Source: an uncultured Thiotrichaceae bacterium
GTDB lineage: Bacteria; Pseudomonadota; Gammaproteobacteria; SZUA-229
Direction: 5' to 3'
DNA: 32,720 nt
Assembly: GCA_964646145.1 (NCBI GenBank)
Contig: CAZYCY010000002.1
Span: forward strand, 1 to 32,720
The position numbers and the translations under genes are program-made. The notes under the pieces are model-generated. The model was not told the DNA's origin, ran no database searches, and saw nothing but the letters and a program-made list of their open reading frames with translations. Positions 17,001 to 26,226 of this stretch are shown in pieces (the stretch's first letter is position 1; each line of letters starts with the position of its first letter).

Positions 17001-17963
17001 ATGTCTGTCTACACCACTATCGAAGAACATGAACTGCAGCAGTTTCTATCAAATTATAATGTTGGCGAGCTGGAGCATTATCAAGGCATTAGCGACGGCA
17101 TCGAAAACACCAACTACTTTGTAAACACCAGCCAGGCTGGTTTTGTATTAACTATTTTTGAACACCATAGTTTTGCGGAAATGCAGTATTACCTTAACTT
17201 GATGCACCACCTGGCGGACCATAAAGTGCCCAGCGCAAATCCGGTTGCGGATAAACAGGGCCATTACCTAAGCCATTTCAAAGCTAAACCGATTGCTCTG
17301 GTTGAACGATTAAAAGGTGGCAGCATTGTTGAGATCAAGGCAAACCATTGTCAACAGCTCGGCATGGCAATGGGAAAAATGCATACTGCCGGATTAAGTT
17401 TTGATGCTCGGCAATATAACCCGCGTGGTCCACTCTGGTGTCAGCAAACGGCGAAAAAAGTTATGCCAAGACTAACCACAGACCAGCGTTTAATACTTGA
17501 TGAAGAAATACACTTTCAGAAAGACAAACGCCACGCAGATTTACCACACGGCATTATCCACGCTGATTTATTTCGTGATAATGCACTGTGGGATGGCAAA
17601 AATTTCAGCGGTATTATTGATTTTTATTATTCCTGTGATGATGTTTTATTATATGACCTTGCCATTGCTGCGAATGACTGGTGCCGTAATCATGACTTCA
17701 GCCTGAACAAAGAAAAAGTTGTTGCACTACTAAGTAACTACCACCGTTTCAGACCATTAACGCAATACGAACAACAATACTGGCCGGTAATGTTACGCGC
17801 CAGTGCTTTACGTTTCTGGTTATCACGTTTATACGATAAATATTTTCCACGAGCAGGCGAACTGGTGCACACAAAAAACCCGGATGAATTTAAAACTGTA
17901 TTATCAGACCGAATTAAACACAGTGACTGTTATATTAGTTACTGGCCTGAATCTCTGGGCTAA
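17001..17963 (+). CDS. thrB: Homoserine kinase, APH/ThrB2 (Pseudomonas) type (320 aa)
   Basis: GIENTNYFV, IHADLFRDNALWDG, GIIDFYYSCDDVLLYDLAI and RFWLSRL are collinear with Pseudomonas ThrB as I remember it. Confidence 0.85.
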   Translation: MSVYTTIEEHELQQFLSNYNVGELEHYQGISDGIENTNYFVNTSQAGFVLTIFEHHSFAEMQYYLNLMHHLADHKVPSANPVADKQGHYLSHFKAKPIALVERLKGGSIVEIKANHCQQLGMAMGKMHTAGLSFDARQYNPRGPLWCQQTAKKVMPRLTTDQRLILDEEIHFQKDKRHADLPHGIIHADLFRDNALWDGKNFSGIIDFYYSCDDVLLYDLAIAANDWCRNHDFSLNKEKVVALLSNYHRFRPLTQYEQQYWPVMLRASALRFWLSRLYDKYFPRAGELVHTKNPDEFKTVLSDRIKHSDCYISYWPESLG

Positions 17964-17988
17964 CTTGCCGACCTGAACGACAAACATC

Positions 17989-18519
17989 ATGTTCTATAAA
18001 ACACTGGCAAAAGTAGACGCTTTCATTGACTGGAGCGGTCGCACGGTTTCCTGGCTAAGCCTGGCTCTGGTGCTGCTTACCTTTGCTATTGTTGTCTTAC
18101 GTTATGTTTTTGACCGCGGCTCTATCGCATTACAGGAAGCCACCAGCTACTTACACGCCTGCATTTTTCTGGTCGGCATGGCTTATACCATGCAACAAAA
18201 TGCTCATGTTCGCGTCGATATTTTCTACTCTCGCTTATCAATGCGTGGTAAAGCCTGGGTCGACCTGCTTGGTGCTTTGTTTTTATTGCTGCCTGTTATG
18301 ATATTTATCAGCTGGATCAGCTGGTTTTACATTGCCAGCAGTTGGTCGGTGCTGGAAGGCTCGCGTCAAGCCGGTGGTCTGCCGGGTGTGTTTCTATTGA
18401 AAAGCATGATTCTGGTGATGACCTTTTTAATCAGCCTGCAAACTCTTAGCCAAATGGCGCGAAATATCACGACCATACTGAATAAACACCCACAAAACCA
18501 TATTAAAGGTAAGCACTGA
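17989..18519 (+). CDS. TRAP transporter small permease subunit (DctQ-like, 176 aa)
   Basis: Four-TM small protein immediately upstream of, and overlapping (ATGA-type junction at 18519), a DctM-like gene. Confidence 0.8.
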   Translation: MFYKTLAKVDAFIDWSGRTVSWLSLALVLLTFAIVVLRYVFDRGSIALQEATSYLHACIFLVGMAYTMQQNAHVRVDIFYSRLSMRGKAWVDLLGALFLLLPVMIFISWISWFYIASSWSVLEGSRQAGGLPGVFLLKSMILVMTFLISLQTLSQMARNITTILNKHPQNHIKGKH

Positions 18520-19901
18520 TGGAATACATGTCACTGTATCTTTTCGCTACGGTTTTTGTTTTGCTGTTAGCAGGTTATCCGGTCGCCTTTACCTTAGCTG
18601 GCAGCGCTTTATTATTTGCCGCCATCGGTCAATTAAGCGGCACCTTTGATCCGGCTTTTTTAGAAGCCCTGCCAAATCGTTTATTCGGCATCATTTCAAA
18701 CCAGGTTTTAATAGCGGTGCCGTTATTTGTTTTTATGGGAGTGATGCTGGAGCGCTCCAGAATCGCCGATGAACTGCTAACCACCATGACACGCTTATTC
18801 GGCAGCTTACGTGGCGGTCTGGGTATTTCTGTAATACTGGTCGGCATGTTGCTTGCTGCCAGCACTGGTATTGTTGGTGCAACCGTGGTCACCATGGGGC
18901 TGATCGCATTACCTACCATGCTAAAAAGCGGTTATGACCCAAAAGTTTCAACCGGTTTGATTTGTGCCTCAGGGACACTGGGGCAAATCATTCCACCCTC
19001 CATCGTGCTGGTATTGCTAGGCGATGTGTTATCTAACGCCTATCAACAAGCACAACTGGACATGGGGATCTTTTCGCCCGAAACCATATCAGTCAGTGAT
19101 TTATTTATTGGCGCATTAATACCGGGCTTAATGCTGGTCTCTTTCTATATTATTTACATTATTGCTGTTGCCCTATTTAACAAACAGGCGATGCCTGCAA
19201 TCACCCACACCACCACTGGTAACAGCGAAAACACCCCTGCTTTATTGCACAGTTTTTTTAAAAGTTTATTACCACCTTTAGCATTAATCCTCTCTGTTCT
19301 CGGCTCCATCATTGCCGGGCTGGCAACGCCAACTGAAGCCGCTTCCATCGGTGCAGTCGGCGCCATGCTTCTGGCTATGTCAAAAAAGATGTTAAATCTT
19401 AAAACCCTGCAGGAAGTCATGCGCACCACAACGCGTATTAGCAGCATGGTGTTTATGATTTTAATTGGTGCGGCTTTGTTCTCACTGGTTTTTAAAGGCT
19501 TTGAGGGTGATGAACTTGTGCATGACTTTCTCAGTGATTTAAGCGGCGGCAAATATCACGCACTTTTTGTTGTTATGCTGGTTATGTTTTTATTGGGCTT
19601 TGTCCTGGACTTTATTGAAATAACCTTTGTCGTGGTGCCGATTGTGGGCCCGGTATTACTTATGATGGGTATTGACCCGGTCTGGCTGGGCATACTTATT
19701 GCCATTAATTTACAAACCTCCTTCCTCACTCCGCCTTTTGGCTTTGCTTTATTTTATTTGCGCGGAGTTGCCCCTGCGAGCATAAAAACCACACAAATTT
19801 ACCGCGGGGTAATGCCTTTTATTGCGATACAACTCATTGTTATGGCAATGATTGCTTACTGGCCAGCACTGGCAACCTGGTTGCCCGCTCAATTATTCTG
19901 A
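18519..19901 (+). CDS. TRAP transporter large permease subunit (DctM-like, 460 aa)
   Basis: Polytopic protein with typical DctM segments: LFATVFVLLLAGYPVAFTLAG, PLFVFMGVMLE, GTLGQIIPPS. Confidence 0.85.
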   Translation: MEYMSLYLFATVFVLLLAGYPVAFTLAGSALLFAAIGQLSGTFDPAFLEALPNRLFGIISNQVLIAVPLFVFMGVMLERSRIADELLTTMTRLFGSLRGGLGISVILVGMLLAASTGIVGATVVTMGLIALPTMLKSGYDPKVSTGLICASGTLGQIIPPSIVLVLLGDVLSNAYQQAQLDMGIFSPETISVSDLFIGALIPGLMLVSFYIIYIIAVALFNKQAMPAITHTTTGNSENTPALLHSFFKSLLPPLALILSVLGSIIAGLATPTEAASIGAVGAMLLAMSKKMLNLKTLQEVMRTTTRISSMVFMILIGAALFSLVFKGFEGDELVHDFLSDLSGGKYHALFVVMLVMFLLGFVLDFIEITFVVVPIVGPVLLMMGIDPVWLGILIAINLQTSFLTPPFGFALFYLRGVAPASIKTTQIYRGVMPFIAIQLIVMAMIAYWPALATWLPAQLF

Positions 19902-20155
19902 TAGTGGGGCAGAATCAGCCATATTAATCGTTGCATCCGACTGATTAATAAATATGTGACGAATACTTATGCAGCAATTTATAAGATCGACTCTAGGGCA
20001 TCTCTATTTATTCTGGAGGTGAAGATTGAGATTCAAAATAGGTCAGATTAAGGCGCACGTTATTATCAACATGGGCACGTGAGTGGGCTATGGCGAAGAT
20101 TTGCAACGAAAATATGGCATAGTTTGGACTCAAGATTCATCTTCACGAAAAGTGA

Positions 20156-20205
20156 CACACGGATGTGTCGTTTACGCACCTAAGGATGGAATTAATAGAG
20201 GCGCC
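20156..20205. repeat. REP-like repeat family E, single unit plus AATAGAGG/CCTCTATT hairpin
   Basis: 20156-20190 matches 2865-2899 at 32/35. 20179-20200 matches 34-55 at 22/22. Confidence 0.75.
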
Positions 20206-20227
20206 CTCTATTCATGTAAAATAAACC

Positions 20228-20554
20228 GTAACTACTCAGCGTAATTTTGGAAAAGGACGCAGGTTATTGATTTTTAAGGACGCTGTAAATACGTCCATGT
20301 ACGCTCTACCGCAACATCCATGTTGCAGATGCCTGAAAAATCAATAACCTACATCTTGATTATGCCTTTAGCTCCCGTATGCTACGATAATCCTTTGTAT
20401 TTAATAGAAAAAATTCATTAATAGTTAAAATCGTAATAAACGGTCGTAATCCTTGATGGTTGTTGAGCTTAAGTAAGTGTGCAGCTATTTTTATGGGAGC
20501 TAAAGGCATAATCAAGACCTACATCCTTACCTGGATAATACGCTGAGTAGTTAC
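20228..20554. mobile_element. MITE family A, second copy, interrupted by a nested element and with a degenerate right arm
   Basis: 20228-20296 is identical to 4672-4740. The terminal CGCTGAGTAGTTAC is conserved at 20541-20554. The element is flanked by a perfect 8-bp TSD, AATAAACC, at 20220-20227 and 20555-20562. Confidence 0.9.
20355..20516. mobile_element. MITE family B (162 bp) nested inside MITE A copy 2
   Basis: 22-bp perfect terminal inverted repeats CTTGATTATGCCTTTAGCTCCC / GGGAGCTAAAGGCATAATCAAG. It is flanked by a perfect 8-bp TSD, ACCTACAT, at 20347-20354 and 20517-20524. The insertion site lies within the right arm of element A. Confidence 0.85.
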
Positions 20555-20604
20555 AATAAACCTAGCAACAGATGAAAATTACGGCAGATGTCCGACGATT
20601 CGAT

Positions 20605-20804
20605 GTAACTTCTCAATAAGCCAGGGCAACATCAATGCTAGTAAGTTAGCTATAAAATTTGGGAATATCGTCATTCCGGCAGTCTTTTAGCCGGAATCTA
20701 GTATTTAAGAACATAGATTCCGGCTAAAAGACTGCCGGAATGACGTTGCATTAGCTTAACTTAGTCTCAAAATGCGATACTGCCCCGACTTATTGAGAAG
20801 TTAC
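20605..20804. mobile_element. MITE family C (200 bp, near-palindromic, 8-bp TSD)
   Basis: The termini GTAACTTCTCAATAAGCCAGGGCA and TGCCCCGACTTATTGAGAAGTTAC pair perfectly over 16 bp (22 of 24). A central 32-bp perfect stem (20669-20700 with 20714-20745) has a 13-nt loop. The element is flanked by GATTCGAT at 20597-20604 and 20805-20812. Confidence 0.9.
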
Positions 20805-20853
20805 GATTCGATGACTACAGATATAATTTTTCCACTTTATTGACCAAGCCAAT

Positions 20854-23325
20854 ATGAAAATAACTTCGCCACTGTATTACCTCTCGCAAAAACTGCTTTA
20901 TCTGTGGATAAACACCGAGGTAGTGCAAGCACGCGTAATCTCTGATGAACACAGTAAGACAACCACCATCTATGTACTGACATCTCGAGCATGGTCTGAT
21001 TTGCTGGTGCTGCAGCACGAATGTAAAGCTTTAGGTATTACCAGGCCACTGTCTCGCATCAAACAGCCGCAATTAAAAGCCTGGCACAGCGTTTATACTG
21101 TGGCACAGGCGCAACCACTTAAAGCCTGGTTGCAACAAAAAACCAAGCGCTCGACCATGCTTGGTGGATTATGTCGAGCTTTAAAAGAAAACCCTGAACT
21201 TGATGTGCATTTTGTTCCGGTTGTGGTTTTCTGGGGCCGACCAATATTAAAACAGAAACACTGGTTGCGGGTATTATTCTCTGAAACATGGGGTTTTGCC
21301 GGACGCTTTCAGAAATTTTTTACCATTTTATTCAACGGTAAAAATACCCTGTTACAATTTTCGCCCGCTATTTCATTTCGTGAGTTAATCAACAACACCG
21401 CAGAAAGCGAAAACTGTGTCGATAAACTACAGCTGTTGTTGTCCACCCGTCTGGTGGAAATTAAAACCGCGACACTGGGACCGGATATTTCTCATCGCCG
21501 CACCCTGGTAAGAAAATTATTGGAAAATACGGCAATTGTCAGCAGCATACACAAGCGCTGTAATATCAACAATATTTCTATCTATAAATCGACTAAAATT
21601 GCCAACAACTATCTCAACGAAATTGTTAGCGACCGCAGCTACATTACTATTCAAATAATGCAGCGCGTATTAACCGCCTTCTGGAATAAATTTTATTCCG
21701 GCATCGATGTTCATTTTAGCACTGAGCTTAAACAACTGGCACTAAATCATGAGCTGATTTATGTGCCTTGCCATCGCAGTCATATCGATTACTTATTACT
21801 CTCATTTGTGATACATAATGAAGGTCTGGCCATTCCCTGTATTGCGGCGGGCAAAAATCTAAACATGCCAATCATCGGCCCGGTGCTGCGAAAGGGCGGT
21901 GCTTTTTTTATTCGCCGTAGTTTCAAAGACAATAATCTGTATTCAACAGTGATGTTTGAATACCTTGCTTCGCTGATCTCCAGTGGCATGCCACTGGAAT
22001 ATTTTGTTGAGGGTGGTCGTAGTCGTACCGGTCGTTTGCTACAACCAAAACCGGGCATGCTGGCAATGACCATTCGTGCTTTTTTAAAGTATCAGCAACG
22101 ACCTGTGGCTTTTGTTCCGGTTTATATCGGCTATGAAAAAATGATCGAGGGCAAAGACTATCTTGCTGAACTTAAAGGTAATAAAAAAAAATCAGAAACA
22201 TTGCTTGGCTCAATACGCTCGTTTTTTAAAATTCGCGGATTTTATGGGCGGGTTACCACCAGTTTTGGCTCACCTGTTTTATTAAATGATGTGCTAAATG
22301 AACATGCACCCGACTGGAACCGGCAACCCTATGATGATTTGCAACGCCCGCCCTGGTTGAGAATAATCGTTGCAAACACCTCACAACAAATCATGCAAAA
22401 TATTAATAAATGCTGCGCAGTCAATCCAGTTAATCTTATTGCCACAGCATTATTAGCAGCACCAAACCAGGCCATGGATGAAGACGAATTAATGCGGACT
22501 CTGGATTTCTACAGTGTCTTAATTAAACACCTTAATTACTCCCGCTATATTCGCCTGACGGATTATAATGCAGCAAAACAAATCCATCATGCCGAAGCAT
22601 TAAAAATGGTTCACCGTCGCGAACATGAAATGGGCGATTTTATTTACCTGGATCAGCCTCACGCTATTTTGCTCACCTACTACCGAAATAATATTTTACA
22701 CCTATTTGTTTTGCCGTCACTACTCGCTTGCTGTTTTACTAATGCCAATGCAATAAACCGTGAAAAAATTATCTACTTTATACAAATAGTGTACCCTTTT
22801 CTTAAAGCCGAGTTTTTTCTACCCTGGTCACCCACTGCAATAGAAAAAGTTATTGATGACCTTTTAACAGAATTAAGCCGAGCTAAACTGCTAGTCTATA
22901 ATGAAGACGCTTTCACTTATAGCAAGCCACCAATAAGCACGGCTCATCACGCACAACTCTCAACTCTGGCACGAGTCATCTCTCCGGTATTAGAACTGTA
23001 TTACATGATATTTGTCTTAATTGCCGAACATGATATGGACGCCTTATCACGACAGCAACTGGAGCAATCATGTTATTTAATGGCGCAGCGGATTTCACTT
23101 ATGCATGGCATTAATTCGCCTGATTTTTTTGATAAAAAATTAATAGCCAATTTTATTAACACTTTAATTAAACTGGAGCACGTCAATACAAATGCTTCGG
23201 ATAACCTGAGAATAACAGCAGCGGCTATCAAGATGGGGCGGCAGGCTCGACGCTTATTGAATAAGAATATGCAATATGATATTTTACAGATGTTACGCAG
23301 CTCAAGCCAAAGAACCACTGCTTAA
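20854..23325 (+). CDS. plsB: Glycerol-3-phosphate acyltransferase PlsB (823 aa)
   Basis: Collinear with E. coli PlsB as I remember it: LIYVPCHRSHIDYLLLSFV (HX4D), GAFFIRRSFK, YFVEGGRSRTGRLLQPK, VPVYIGYE, and LTYYRNNILHLFVLPSL. Confidence 0.95.
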   Translation: MKITSPLYYLSQKLLYLWINTEVVQARVISDEHSKTTTIYVLTSRAWSDLLVLQHECKALGITRPLSRIKQPQLKAWHSVYTVAQAQPLKAWLQQKTKRSTMLGGLCRALKENPELDVHFVPVVVFWGRPILKQKHWLRVLFSETWGFAGRFQKFFTILFNGKNTLLQFSPAISFRELINNTAESENCVDKLQLLLSTRLVEIKTATLGPDISHRRTLVRKLLENTAIVSSIHKRCNINNISIYKSTKIANNYLNEIVSDRSYITIQIMQRVLTAFWNKFYSGIDVHFSTELKQLALNHELIYVPCHRSHIDYLLLSFVIHNEGLAIPCIAAGKNLNMPIIGPVLRKGGAFFIRRSFKDNNLYSTVMFEYLASLISSGMPLEYFVEGGRSRTGRLLQPKPGMLAMTIRAFLKYQQRPVAFVPVYIGYEKMIEGKDYLAELKGNKKKSETLLGSIRSFFKIRGFYGRVTTSFGSPVLLNDVLNEHAPDWNRQPYDDLQRPPWLRIIVANTSQQIMQNINKCCAVNPVNLIATALLAAPNQAMDEDELMRTLDFYSVLIKHLNYSRYIRLTDYNAAKQIHHAEALKMVHRREHEMGDFIYLDQPHAILLTYYRNNILHLFVLPSLLACCFTNANAINREKIIYFIQIVYPFLKAEFFLPWSPTAIEKVIDDLLTELSRAKLLVYNEDAFTYSKPPISTAHHAQLSTLARVISPVLELYYMIFVLIAEHDMDALSRQQLEQSCYLMAQRISLMHGINSPDFFDKKLIANFINTLIKLEHVNTNASDNLRITAAAIKMGRQARRLLNKNMQYDILQMLRSSSQRTTA

Positions 23326-23386
23326 CCGAAATCAAATAACAAGCCATAATGCCAAAGTAATAATGCTGCAACACAGACACTAAACC

Positions 23387-26044
23387 ATGCAAACCTCATT
23401 AAAGAAATTTTATAAAAACAACCCGTGGAAAGGACGTTTTTTTCTTATCATATTCATAATATTGCTGGCATTAGCACTGATACGTTTAGCTTTACCTCAA
23501 GTCATTATTTCCGGCACCACCTCCTGGCTAAAACAACAAAATATCGATGCCTCGATTGAGCAGATAAAGATCAATTTATTTAGCGGTACTGTGTCACTGT
23601 TAAATGCCAGGGGCAGTAAAAATGGGAGCCCTTTATTTAATGTTGGGCACATTGAAATACATTGGTACTGGACACCATTAAAAGATAGAACTCTCACCAT
23701 TACTCAAGTTACACTTGACCAGCTCAACATTAACATTGAACAATATCACGATAAAATCATGATTGGCGGCGTGGCTTTTCCGCTTACTCAAGCAGCTAAA
23801 GAAAAAGATAAAATAACGAGCAACGCCAACAAAACTCAGACAGCAAAACAAATTGAACCCTGGGCTGCCTCTTTGGGTCACGTTATTTTTACTAATCTTA
23901 ATATTTGTTATCTGCAACACTTGTCATCAAGCACCAATGCCGGCAGCAATACCAAATTACTGGATTATTGTATCCAGCTAGAAAAGCTAGCCTGGACCGG
24001 TATCATAAACTATGCAACAGATAGAAAACTATTAGCCTCCAGTACCCTGCCGCTATCGTCAAGCGGTGACTTCACTCTTAACGGGCTCACCATAACAGAC
24101 AATAAATTAAATAAAAATCTTTTAGTGTCAAAAGCAAATACTCTGCATGAAGTAACTATTTCAGGTCTCGATAATATCCATATCAAGCAACTTAAAATGC
24201 GCGGCTTTTCAGCAATGCAACGTGATGACGACCAGCACAAGGACACTTTTCGATTTAACCAGTTAACTTTCAGCGATATACAATTGAATGATCTGAACAC
24301 GCTGTTTATTAAAGATATAAAGATAAATGATCCAGGGCTATACTTGGTAAGATATAACCAGTCTTATTGGCAGTACCAGCAATGGATTCCTTCAATAAAC
24401 AAAAACAGCAAAAATACAAATGCAAAGACCAATGACGACCAGCCTATTACTGAATCGTCATTTCATGTAGCATTAAAAAATATTAGCATTGATAATGCCG
24501 ACTTATGTTATCTCGACATCGAAAGCACTTTCTATTATTGTTATACATCTGAGCGCCTTTCCTGGCAAGGTGACATCAGCTACAGTAACAGCCTTAATCT
24601 TGCTGGCGACCTTACCTTGTCTCATTCACAAATTCATAATCACTCTATCGAACGAAATCTACTAGACCTTGGCTCATTGACATTTACCCAGCTAAATATT
24701 AAAGACCTGGATAATGTGTCTGTCGCTGAAATCAAGCTTGATAATTTACGTGCTTTACAGCGAGGTAAAGAGCACAATGACACGACCATTGCTTTCGACA
24801 AACTTGTTATCAGCAGTATTCAACACACACCTGATAATATAAGTATCGATACCATTAAACTTGACGGTTTAGCAAACAGCTTTTCTAAAAACGAAAATGG
24901 CAAATGGGAACACAACAAATGGTTAACGCAAAACAAAAAAAGCGTCGCCAACAATGATGACGAGAATAAAAACAAAGCAACAACCAAGCAACCATTCATT
25001 ATATCTTTAAATCGCTTTATTGTTTCGACGACAAACAATATCCTGTTTACTGACAACAGTACCGAACCCGTCATGGAAATTGGTCTGCAAAAACTTGACC
25101 TTGATATAAGCAATCTTGATTCTGCAAAACCGGATAACGACAGTCAGTTTAAACTGTTTGCTAAAACAACACGCCACGGCACCATTAACCTTGAGGGCAG
25201 TGCCAGACCTTTTTCCGATAAAGTTTCATTTGATGCAACAGGAGAACTAAAAGGTTTCGATTTGCGCGCGCTTTCTCCCGCCAGCAAAAATGCCATTGGT
25301 CATATTATTAAAAGCGGCCAACTGGATGCTGATTTAACCCTGCTAGCTAAAGAAGGTGTGCTTGATAGTAATTTAGCACTATCGCTACACCACTTTAATA
25401 TCAAACCCATGAGTGAAAATGATGCTACTGCCCTTGATGAAAAGTTTGGCATGCCGTTAAACCAGACGCTGGCTTTATTGCGCGATAAAGATGACAGCAT
25501 TCACCTTAATATTCCTGTTACCGGTGATATTAACAACCCTGATTTTAACCCTATGGATGCCATTATTAAGGCTACGGCAAAAGCTGCAACCGTCACCTTA
25601 ATTACTTTTTACACCCCTTATGGTCTAATTTATGTCGGTGCTCATGTTTTATTTGATCTGGCAACGGCGATGAATTTTGCTCCTGTTGAGTTTATACCCG
25701 GCAGCGCTGATTTAACAAACGAGAATAAAGAGCAACTCGATAAACTTGCCAATCTAATGAGCAAGAAACCACAAATTAGATTGATCCTATGTGGTGTGAC
25801 AAACACACATGACTTGCACGCACTTTTTCCTGCTTTAAAAATAAAAGATAAAGATGGTAAAAATGCCGTGCAAATTACAAATGAACAAAAAATAGCTCTT
25901 ACTAAACTGGCAAAACAAAGACAAATTAATATCAAGAATTATTTAATAAAAAAAGCAGATGTCTCGCATTACCGCCTGATTTTATGCGCCCCAAAACATC
26001 AAACAGATGATGCTGCGATTGCGGGTGTGGAGATTAATATCTAG
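23387..26044 (+). CDS. Large membrane-anchored DUF748 / AsmA-clan protein with a C-terminal OmpA-like-looking segment (885 aa)
   Basis: Single N-terminal TM (FFLIIFIILLALALIRLAL). The long body is rich in N, K, S and beta-type patterns, with repeated 'I/L-x-I/L-x-N/D-L' modules. The C-terminal segment reads IPVTGDINNPDFNP...VEFIPGSADLTNENKEQLDKLANLMSKKPQIRLILCGVTNTHD. The family assignment is from memory, not a search. Confidence 0.55.
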   Translation: MQTSLKKFYKNNPWKGRFFLIIFIILLALALIRLALPQVIISGTTSWLKQQNIDASIEQIKINLFSGTVSLLNARGSKNGSPLFNVGHIEIHWYWTPLKDRTLTITQVTLDQLNINIEQYHDKIMIGGVAFPLTQAAKEKDKITSNANKTQTAKQIEPWAASLGHVIFTNLNICYLQHLSSSTNAGSNTKLLDYCIQLEKLAWTGIINYATDRKLLASSTLPLSSSGDFTLNGLTITDNKLNKNLLVSKANTLHEVTISGLDNIHIKQLKMRGFSAMQRDDDQHKDTFRFNQLTFSDIQLNDLNTLFIKDIKINDPGLYLVRYNQSYWQYQQWIPSINKNSKNTNAKTNDDQPITESSFHVALKNISIDNADLCYLDIESTFYYCYTSERLSWQGDISYSNSLNLAGDLTLSHSQIHNHSIERNLLDLGSLTFTQLNIKDLDNVSVAEIKLDNLRALQRGKEHNDTTIAFDKLVISSIQHTPDNISIDTIKLDGLANSFSKNENGKWEHNKWLTQNKKSVANNDDENKNKATTKQPFIISLNRFIVSTTNNILFTDNSTEPVMEIGLQKLDLDISNLDSAKPDNDSQFKLFAKTTRHGTINLEGSARPFSDKVSFDATGELKGFDLRALSPASKNAIGHIIKSGQLDADLTLLAKEGVLDSNLALSLHHFNIKPMSENDATALDEKFGMPLNQTLALLRDKDDSIHLNIPVTGDINNPDFNPMDAIIKATAKAATVTLITFYTPYGLIYVGAHVLFDLATAMNFAPVEFIPGSADLTNENKEQLDKLANLMSKKPQIRLILCGVTNTHDLHALFPALKIKDKDGKNAVQITNEQKIALTKLAKQRQINIKNYLIKKADVSHYRLILCAPKHQTDDAAIAGVEINI

Positions 26045-26226
26045 CAGGCTGTTGGTCAGCAATAGTAAACAGTTGCGCTATTTATTTATTAACCATAAGC
26101 CTGCATCCGTTTCGTTAATAAGGCAGGTTGTAGACAGCAGAAACCTATCAAACTTACACACCTGTGGAATGGGTGACTCTGGTCAATAACGGACGTTACT
26201 AAGGAGAAGGCTGCTCAGTTTTGAAA

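Noticed and set aside
19902-20155. Possible small RNA or small ORF in the unassigned 250 bp after dctM
   Set aside because: The only ATG-initiated frames are 3-10 codons long. I could find no clear promoter-plus-terminator pair or conserved structure by eye. It is left unassigned rather than called.
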